Positions 55,601-64,000 of a DNA stretch of 64,000 nucleotides are shown here, in pieces. The position numbers and the translations under genes are program-made. The stretch is taken from positions 384,001 through 448,000 of the forward strand of contig CAWJGT010000003.1 of assembly GCA_963842525.1 (NCBI GenBank), in the 5' to 3' direction. This DNA comes from an uncultured Holophagales bacterium. GTDB lineage: Bacteria; Acidobacteriota; Thermoanaerobaculia; Multivoradales; UBA5704. Each line of letters begins with the position of its first letter. Within the stretch, counting starts at the first letter, position 1. Below the pieces are notes generated by a model. It was given only the letters and a program-made list of their open reading frames with translations, was not told where the DNA came from and did no database searches.

Positions 55601-58600
55601 TCGACGCCCTGCCGCGGACGCCGAATGGCAAGGTGGACCGCCGTGCCCTGCCGGCGCCGGAACGGCCGGGCTCCGGAGTAGGATTGCGGTCGCCGCGCAC
55701 GCCCACGGAGGAGATCCTGGCCGGCATCTGGGAGGCGGTGCTCGGGCGCCCCGGCGTTGGCGTCGACGAGAATTTCTTCGCCGTGGGCGGGCACTCGCTG
55801 CTGGCCGCGCAGGTGGTCGCGCGGGTGCGCGAGCATTTCGGTGTCGAGCTGCCTGTGGCCCGCGTCTTCGAGGCCCCGACGGTGGAGGCTCAGGCGCGGG
55901 AGATCGCCGTCGCGTCGGCTCCGGACGCGCCGCCTCTGCGCCCGCTGGCGCGCCGGCCGGGCGGCGGCGAGCGCTGGCCTCTCTCCTTCGCCCAGGAAGG
56001 GCTGTGGTTCCTCGCTCAGCTCGATCCGGCGAGCACGAGCTACAACCTCTCGCATGCCGTCGAGGCCGTGGGCGATCTCGACCTGCGCAGTCTGCGGCGG
56101 GCTCTGGCCGCCTTGGTGGAGCGCCACGAGGTGCTGCGTACCACCTTCGGTGTGGAGGAGGGGCGCGGCTTTCAACAGCCCGGGCCTCCATGGGCCCCGG
56201 ACCTGCCGCTCGTCGACCTGCAGGGGCTGGCGCCGGACCGGCGCGACAGAGAGGTCCAGCGGCTCACCGCCGCCGAGGCACAGCGTCCGTTCGATCTGAC
56301 CCGCGGGCCGCTGCTGCGCACGGCGGTGCTGCGCCTCGGCGCTGCCGAGCACGTCGTCCTCCTCGCCATCCACCACATCGTCGCCGACGGATGGTCGATG
56401 GGCCTCCTGGTGCGCGACCTCGCCGAGCTCTATCAGGGCCTGCGCGAAGCGCGGGCGCCGCGGCTCCCCGCGCTGCCGGTGCAGTACGCCGACTATGCGG
56501 CCTGGCAGCGCTCGTGGCTCTCCGGCACTGCTCTGGAACGGCGGCTTGCCTTCTGGCGCGAAGAGCTCGCCGGCGCGCCGGTCGTGCTCGAGCTGCCGGC
56601 CGACCACCCCCGGCCGGCGTCCGGCTCGCACCGCGGCGGACGGCGCCCGGTGCACCTTGGCGAGCCCCTGAGGCGGGGCCTTCGCCAACTCGCCCAGGGA
56701 TCGGGCGCCACTCTGTTCATGGCGCTTGCCGCCGGTTTCGCGGCGCTGCTCGCACGCCACGCCAACCGCGACGACCTGTTGCTCGGAGCGGTGACGGCGC
56801 AGCGCGACCGCTTCGGGACCGACGAGGTGATCGGCCTGTTCGCCAACACGCTGGTGCTGCGAGCGGACCTCTCCGGCCAGCCGAGCTTCCGCGAGCTGCT
56901 CAGGCGCGTGCGGCGGACCGCGCTGGCCGCCCTGAGCCACGGCGACGTGCCGTTCGAGAAGCTGGTCGAGGAGCTACGGCCCGAGCGCGACCTGGCCCAC
57001 TCCCCCCTGGTCCAGGTGGTGACGGTGCTCCAGAACCTGCCGGTCGGCGCGGCGCAACTGCCGGGCCTCGATCTGCGCCCTCTGGACGCCGGGGTCGCGA
57101 CGGCCAAGTTCGACCTCACCCTGGGCCTGGTGGAGGCGGGAGGCGAGGTCGCGGGCGCCCTGGAGCACAGCCGTGACCTCTTCGAGCCGGCGACGGTCGA
57201 GCGACTGATCGGACACCTGGTCAATCTGCTGGGCGCGGCGGTCGCGGACCCCTCTCGCGGGATTTGGGATCTCCCCCTGCTTGCCGCGGCGGAACGCCAG
57301 CAGCTCCTCCTGGAGTGGAATGCTCCGGCCTCCGTGGGCGGCCCGGAGGCCCTCCTGCACGAGCTGTTTGCCGCTCGGGTGGACCGCGATCCGGAGGCCG
57401 TGGCGGTCTTGTGTGCGGCGGAGCGCTTGAGCTACCGGGAGCTGGAAGAGCGTGCCAACCGGCTGGCGGGCTACCTGCGCAGGCTCATCGGCGCCGGCGA
57501 CCTGGTCGGCCTGTACCTGGACCGCTCGCTGGAGCTGCCTGTCGCCGTGCTCGCGGTGCTCAAGGCCGGCGGCGCCTACGTGCCGCTCGATCCGGCTTAT
57601 CCGAGGGAACGGCTGGCCACCGTGCTGGAGGACGCCGGAGTCTCCGTGCTGCTCACCCGGTCGGACCTGCGGCAGCACCTGCCGGAGACGCCGGCGCGGG
57701 TGATCGACCTCGACGCCGAAAGGGAGGCCATCGCACGTCAGCCGGCGGTGCGGCCCGCGGTTTTGGTGCCGGACGGGAGCCCGGCCTACGTGATCTACAC
57801 CTCCGGCTCGACCGGCCACCCGAAGGGATGCCTGATCAGCCATCGCAACGTGGCACGCCTGTTCGCGGCAACCGCCGGGCGGTTCGGATTCGATGCGCAC
57901 GACGTCTGGACGCTGTTCCACTCCTACGCCTTCGACTTCTCGGTCTGGGAGCTCTGGGGAGCCTTCCTCCACGGCGGCCGTCTGGTGATCGTGCCGTATT
58001 GGGTCAGCCGCTCGCCGGATGCTTTCTACGAGCTGCTGGCTAGGGAAGGGGTGACGGTGCTCAACCAGACCCCCTCGGCGTTCCGCCAGCTCGTCCAAGC
58101 CGCAGAGCAGGCGGCATCCGCGCAGCGGACAGCCCTGCGCCTGCGCTGGGTGATTTTCGGCGGAGAGGCGCTGGACCTCGCTGGTCTCGCCCCCTGGCTG
58201 GCCCGCCATGGCGATGCGGCTCCGGCCCTGATCAACATGTATGGCATCACGGAGACCACCGTGCATGTCACCTTCCGCCGTGTGGCCGCGGCCGACCTCG
58301 CGCAGGCACACCGGAGCCCGCTCGGCACCGCCCTGGCGGACCTGAGCCTCGACCTGCTCGATCCGTTCCTCCATCTTGTTCCGATTGGAGCGCCGGGGGA
58401 GATGTACATCGGAGGAGCCGGCGTCGCTCTGGGTTACCTGGGCCGGCCCGAGCTGACCGCCGAGAGGTTCGTCCCCGATCCCTTCGGCCGCACGCCCGGG
58501 GCTCGGCTCTATCGATCGGGGGACCTGGCGCGCTACCGGCCCGACGGGGACCTCGACTTCCTGGGGCGCATCGATCAGCAGGTGAAGGTCCGCGGCTTCC

Positions 58601-61600
58601 GGATCGAGCTGGGGGAGGTCGAGGCGGCCTGCGCCAACCATCCGGCGGTAGGGGAGGTCGCGGTCGCGGCGCGCCGGGAAGGTCCCGAGCGCATGCTGCT
58701 CGTCGCCTACCTGGTGCCGGCGGCGGGGCGGGAGCTCGCCGTCGCCGAGCTGCGCCGGTTCCTGCTCGATCGCCTGCCAGACTACATGGTGCCCGCGGCC
58801 TTCGTTCTTCTCGACCGGCTGCCGCGGACTCCCAGCGGCAAGCTGGACCGTAAGTCGCTGCCCGACCCGCGTCAGGAGCCGCAGCCGCTGGCTGCCGACA
58901 CCTCGCCGCGCCAGCCGGCGGAAGCGTTGCTGGCTGCGATCTGGGCCGATCTGCTGGGTATTCCGCAGCCGGGGATCCACGACAACTTCTTCGAGCTCGG
59001 AGGCGACTCGATCGTCGCTATCCAGGTGGTCGCCCGCGCGAGCCGTGCAGGGCTTTCTTTGACGCCCAGACAACTGTTCGAACGCCAGACGATCGCCGAG
59101 CTGGCGGCGGTCGCAGGGTCGGCGAGGCCGGTGACCGCCGAGCAGGGTCCGGTGACCGGAGAAGTGCCTCTGACGCCAATCCAGCAGCGCTTCTTCGCCG
59201 GCGATCCCGCCGATCCGCACCACCACAACCAGGCCTTGCTGCTGGCGGTGCGGACCCGGCCCGACGCCGCGCGGCTGGAGACCGCAATTGCGACTCTGCT
59301 CGTCCATCACGATGCCCTGCGCCTGCGGTTTCACAACACGGAGGATGGCTGGCGGCAATGTGCGGTCGAGCCGGACGGCCGCGCGCCCTGGACGTGGATC
59401 GACCTTGCGGCTCTGCCGGAGCCGGCGTTCCGGGGCATGATCGAAGGCGCGTGCGCCGCCGCGCAGGCGAACTTCGACCTCACCGCGGGCCCCCTGCTGC
59501 GCGCGATGCTGTTCGATCTCGGCGAGGATCGTCCGGGCCGCCTGCTGCTCGCCGCCCACCACCTGGTGGTCGACGGCGTCTCGTGGCGCATCCTCCTCGA
59601 AGATCTGCAAGCCGCTTACGAGCAGGCCGGCTCTCGGCAGCCCGTTCGATTACCGACGAAGACGACCTCGTACAAGCGATGGGCCGAGAATCTCGCCGGG
59701 GAGGCGCGGTCCGGGGCGCTTCGGGAGCTCGCGGCGTGGACGGCCGCTCTGCCCGGCCTTGCGCCGCCCCTGCCGCTCGACGATCCGGCCGCGCCCGATG
59801 TCGAGGCAGGGTCCGCGCAGGTCCTGACGACCCTGACGGAGGAGGAGACCGAAGCCCTGCTGCGCGGCACGCTCGCCGGCTTCCGCAGCGGCATCCAGGA
59901 GGTGTTGGTGACCTGCGTCGCGCTGGCCCTGGCCGGCTGGACCGGCTCGCGCCGGGTGCTCCTCGACCTCGAGGGGCACGGCCGCGAGGAGTTGGAGAAG
60001 GAGATGGACCTGTCGCGTACCGTCGGCTGGTTCACCGCGATCTACCCGGTGGAGCTCGACTTGGGCGCGGCGGTCGACCCGCTCGCGGCACTGAAGCGGG
60101 TCAAGGAGCAGCTCCGCGCCGTGCCGCGCGGCGGCGTGGGCTACGGTCTGTTGCGTTTCCTGGCCGGCGAGGCTGCGGCCGGGCTGCCGCGCCGCGGCCC
60201 CGAGATCGCCTTCAACTACCTGGGGCAGCTCGACCGCGCCCTCGACACGGATGCGCTGCTCCAGCCGGCTCGGGAATCGGCCGGCCCCCCGCGCAGCCAG
60301 CGGCAGCGGCGGTCTCACCGGCTTGTGCTCGACAGCAGCGTCTCCGGCGGGCGGCTGCAGATGGCATGGACTTTTGGGGCTGGCCACCGCCGCGCCACGA
60401 TCGAGCGCGTGGCCGCGGAGAGCCTGCGCTTCCTGCAAGCCGTGATCGAGCTGGGGCGCGCGACGGAAACCGCCGCCTTCACCCCCTCGGACTTCCCGCT
60501 AGCGCGCCTCGACCAGCGTACGGTGGACCTGCTGGCGGGGAACGATCGCGACATTGAGGACATCTATCCCCTTGCGCCGGCCCAGCAGGGGTTGCTGTTT
60601 CATGCCGTTTCGGCGCCGCAGTCCGGCGCCTATGTCTACCAGATGGCCTGCCGTCTCGAAGGGGCGCTCGACGAGGAGTCCTTCGCCCACGCCTGGCAGG
60701 AGGTGGTGGCCCGCCACGCGGTGCTGCGCACCGGCTTCTCCTGGCAGGCCGCCGACGAGCCGTTGCAGGTCGTGCGTCGGCGGGTCGCAGCGCCGGTCGA
60801 GCGGCTCGACTGGAGCGGCGCCCCGGCGGCCGAGCAACCGGCGAGATTGGACGGCCTTCTCGCCGAGGATCGCCGCCGCGGCTTCGATCCGGCACGGCCG
60901 CCCCTGGCACGCCTGGCGCTGGCGCGGATTGGGGAGGGGAGCTGCTGGCTGGTCTGGACCTGCCATCACCTGGTGATCGACGGCTGGTCGGTGCCGGTCC
61001 TGGTCCGTGAGGTCCTCGCTCTCTGCGGCGCCTTCGCCGAGGGCCGTCCGGCGGCGCTCGACCGCGTCCGGCCTTATCGTGACTTCATCGCCTGGCTTGC
61101 GGACCAGGATCCCTCCGCGGCCGAGGGCTATTGGCGGCAGCGCCTGGCCGGCTTCCGCCGGCCGGTACAGATCGGGTCGGATTCAGCAGCCGGCCGGTCT
61201 GGCGGTACGACCGCGCATCTCGCCTCCGTGCCGGCCGGCTTGAGCTGCGCGCTGGAAGAGCTCGGGCGGCGGCATCGCCTCACTCTCGCCACACTGCTGC
61301 AGGGAGCCTGGGCCCTGCTCCTCTCCGACCTGGGTGGCACGCTGGACGTGGTCTTCGGCGGCGTGGTCTCGGGCCGTCCGCCGGAGCTGTCCGGCAGCGG
61401 AGACATGGTGGGCATGTTCATCAACACGCTGCCGGTGCGGGCCCAGGTCGACCTGCAGGCGGCTCTGCTGCCCTGGCTCGCCGAGCTGCAGGAGCGGCAG
61501 CTCGCGGCGCAGTCGTACGCCCACGTGCCGCTCGCCGAGATCCGGCGGTGGAGCGAGGTCCCTTCCGGGCTGCCCCTGTTCGAGAGCACTTTCGCGTTCA

Positions 61601-61950
61601 ACAACTACCCGGCCGGCGGTCCGTTAACGCGTTCAGGCGGCAGTATGGCGATCGCCGAGGTGCGCGAGCTGGAGGCTACGAGCTATGCCCTCGACCTCAC
61701 CGTGGCCGCCACCGGCGGCGAGCTGTCGCTGCGGATCATGTACGACCGCAGCCGCTTCGGCGGTGAAGAGATCCAGGAGCTGGTTGGCTCGCTCCTGGCC
61801 CTGCTCGCCGCGATGACCGAGCGGCCGGAAGGGCGGCTCAGCGACTGCCTCGCCGCTCTCGCGCAACGCCGCCCGAGCGAGCTGGCCGTGCATCGTTTCA
61901 AAGCGGTCAAGCCCAAGGCCGTCACCTTGCTGGAAGAGGAGGCGAGATGA
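49650..61950 (+). CDS. Megasynthase 4: I(C-like)-A(Asn)-PCP-C-A(Gly)-PCP-C-A(Thr)-PCP-E-C(DCL), about 4099 aa after correcting a +1 frameshift at ~50817
   Basis: The N-terminal C-like domain has LPALCADG in place of HHxxxDG. A codes DLTKVGEVGK, DILQLGLVWK and DFWNIGMVHK; PCP GGDSI; E motifs HHLVVDGVSW, EGHGRE, RTVGWFT and FNYLGQ; terminal C IEDIYPL...HHLVIDGWS. Confidence 0.92.
59160..60450 (+). other. Epimerisation domain acting on the Thr module
   Basis: Canonical E motifs after a GGDSI PCP, followed by a DCL-type C domain. Confidence 0.88.
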
Positions 61951-64000
61951 TCCAGGACGACCTGCCGGCGGTCGATTCGGGTGTGCCCGCCAGCGCTCCG
62001 GTCGCCGGGTATCGTCTGTCGCCGCGGCAGCAGAGGATCTGGACGCTCGGCGAGGCCGCTACGGCGTGTTGCGACCTGCGTCTGTGCGGAGATCTCGACC
62101 GGTCGGGTCTCGCCACTGCGCTGGAGCGCATCGTCCGCCGTCACGAGATCCTGCGCACCACCTTCCGTCATGCGAGCGGCTTCAAGCTGCCGGTGCAGGT
62201 GGTCGGCGCGCAGGCCGGTTTCGGATGGCGGTACGAAGATCTGGCGCCTGGCACCGCGGCGGATCGCGAGGAGGCGCTCGCCACGCTGCTCGCCGCGGAA
62301 GCTTCCAGCTCCCTGGACCTCCAGGCCGGGCCGCCTCTCCGTGTGCTGCTCGTCCGCCTCGCCGCCGGCGAGCATCTCCTGCGGCTGCGCCTCCCGGCCC
62401 TGTGCGCCGACCGGCGCAGCCTGGAGAACCTGGCCGGCGAGTTGGCGGCGGGCTATGAAGGGATGGAGCCGACGCCGGCCGACGACGACCTCGTCCAGTA
62501 CCTGCAGTTCTCCGAATGGCACCACGAGGAGCTGGCAGGTCCGGCCGCGGCGGCGGGGCTGCGCTTCTGGCGCGAACGCGCTCTGGCCGGCGGGGCGCCG
62601 CTGCCCTGGCTGCTGCCGGCCGCTGCCGGGTCGCCGCCGGCCGGCTCTGCGTCGACGCTCGTGGTCGCCTTGCCTGCCGAAGCCACGGCGGTGCTCAAGC
62701 GCGCGGAAGGAAGGGAAGCCGACCTGCTGCTCGCCGGCTGGCAGGCGCTGCTCTGCCGCCTCGCCGGCGGGGAAGAGGCGGTCGTCGGAGCGCTTTGCGA
62801 GGGCCGCCGCTTCGAGGAGCTGGCAGGCTCGATCGGGCCGTTCGCCGTCGCAGTGCCGCTCGCCTGCCGCGTCGATCGCGACGCCTCCCTCTTTGACCTC
62901 GCCGACCGGGTCGCTGCCGCACGCGCGGAGGTGGGGGAGCGGCTGGATTTCTACGAGCCGGACGGACAGCTCCCGGAGATCGGCTTCGGCTTCGCGGCTT
63001 GGCCGGAGTCGCGGACGGCGGGCGGCGTGACCTTCGAGGTCACCGGCCTGCGGGTGCCCAGTGAAAGGTTTGCTCTGGAGCTCGAGGGCCGGCGCCGGTG
63101 TGGCGGCTGGGAGCTCGCCCTGCATTACGACCCGGCACGCTATGCGCCTGCGGCGGCCGAGCGCCTGCTCGGAGGTCTCGTCGCCGTCCTTCGTTCGGCC
63201 GCCGACGACCCGGGGGGGCGGATCGCGGATCTCGAGATCCTGGACGAGCCGGAGCGCCGCCGTCTGCTGGTCGAGGTCAATGCGACACGGCGCGATTTTG
63301 GCTCGGAGCTGGCCACGCACCAGCTCGTCGAGGAGCAGGCACGGAAGACCCCTGCCGCACTGGCCCTGACTTGCGGCCACCGCAGCCTGACCTATGCGGC
63401 CCTGGATGTCGCGGCCGAGGCGCTGGCGCACCGGCTCCGCCAGCTCGGCGTCGGGCCTGAGGCGCGAGTGGGGATCTGGGCTGCGCGTTCGCCTGAAGCG
63501 GTCGTCGCGCTGCTCGCGGTCTGGAAGGCCGGCGGCGCCTTCGTGCCTCTCGATCCTTCCTATCCGGCCGAGCGGCTCGCCTTCATGTTGCGGGATGCGG
63601 GCGCTACGGCCCTTCTCGCCGCGCCGGCGGAGCGTCTCCCCGACTTCGCTGGGCCGGTCCTCGAGGTCGATCTCGATCCCGAGCGCCCGCCGGAGCCTCT
63701 GCCGGCCGGAAGGGGCTCGGTGGATCCCGGCAACCTCGCCTACGTCCTCTACACCTCCGGCTCGACCGGCCTGCCCAAGGGGGTCGCAGTGCCGCACCGC
63801 GGCCTGGTCAACTACCTGCTCTGGGCCGTCGACCGGTATCAGGCCGCGGCCGGATTCGGCGCTCCGGTCCACTCGTCGCTGGCTTTCGACCTGACATTGA
63901 CCGGGCTGCTCGCACCGCTGCTCGTCGGCGGGGCCGTCGAGCTGCTGCCGGAAGACATCGGCGCGCTGCCGGCCGCGCTGCGCTCCCGAGGCGGCGCGAG
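61947..64000 (+). CDS. Megasynthase 5 (partial, runs off the window): I(C-like)-A(Asn/Asp)...
   Basis: Absent from the ORF track because it has no stop. ATGA overlap at 61947-61950. Hand translation gives [46 protein letters not shown] and HSSLAFDLTLTG, with the start and end segments in the same frame. Confidence 0.88.
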   Translation, partial: MIQDDLPAVDSGVPASAPVAGYRLSPRQQRIWTLGEAATACCDLRLCGDLDRSGLATALERIVRRHEILRTTFRHASGFKLPVQVVGAQAGFGWRYEDLAPGTAADREEALATLLAAEASSSLDLQAGPPLRVLLVRLAAGEHLLRLRLPALCADRRSLENLAGELAAGYEGMEPTPADDDLVQYLQFSEWHHEELAGPAAAAGLRFWRERALAGGAPLPWLLPAAAGSPPAGSASTLVVALPAEATAVLKRAEGREADLLLAGWQALLCRLAGGEEAVVGALCEGRRFEELAGSIGPFAVAVPLACRVDRDASLFDLADRVAAARAEVGERLDFYEPDGQLPEIGFGFAAWPESRTAGGVTFEVTGLRVPSERFALELEGRRRCGGWELALHYDPARYAPAAAERLLGGLVAVLRSAADDPGGRIADLEILDEPERRRLLVEVNATRRDFGSELATHQLVEEQARKTPAALALTCGHRSLTYAALDVAAEALAHRLRQLGVGPEARVGIWAARSPEAVVALLAVWKAGGAFVPLDPSYPAERLAFMLRDAGATALLAAPAERLPDFAGPVLEVDLDPERPPEPLPAGRGSVDPGNLAYVLYTSGSTGLPKGVAVPHRGLVNYLLWAVDRYQAAAGFGAPVHSSLAFDLTLTGLLAPLLVGGAVELLPEDIGALPAALRSRGGA

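Noticed and set aside
3662-63872. Many long minus-strand and alternative-frame ORFs (e.g. 11219-16459, 21728-25102, 36480-39908, 53509-56940)
   Set aside because: Shadow ORFs of high-GC3 NRPS genes, with no independent domain motifs.

Overview
Very GC-rich bacterial DNA (lineage not provable from the sequence; the DPNG-repeat peptide and TPR-like remnant suggest Thermoanaerobaculia/Acidobacteriota, by inference). Bases 1-3222 are the right end of a decayed element integrated at tRNA-Pro(GGG). They hold a small secreted DPNG-repeat peptide gene whose Shine-Dalgarno (SD) sequence sits in a hairpin, a PIN/VapC toxin plus partner, phage gene remnants (including a Mu-type gpT major head fragment), short direct repeats and the 3' half of tRNA-Pro as the att site. 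From 3671 to the window end lies one co-directional hybrid FAAL/NRPS/PKS lipopeptide cluster of five giant + strand genes, still open at 64000. It has FAAL-ACP loading, 15 amino-acid A domains (the last partial), two non-reducing KS-AT-ACP modules, one Cy domain, one E domain, a C-terminally fused TauD-type hydroxylase and two N-terminal catalytically dead C-like interface (I) domains. Hand-read A-domain codes give: fatty acyl-Leu-X1-[malonyl]-Pro/Pip-X2-X2-Pro/Pip-Val-X2'-Dab-Gly-[malonyl]-Cys(thiazoline)-(beta-OH)Asn-Gly-D-Thr-Asx... Six frameshifts in these genes are all +1 insertions, probably read errors. Main lead: one hydroxylase, carrying its own internal RBS/ATG, may serve two I-domain modules, and a shared FKxxKPKAVxL peptide lies upstream of both I domains. 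Domain boundaries are approximate and assigned by eye from motifs.
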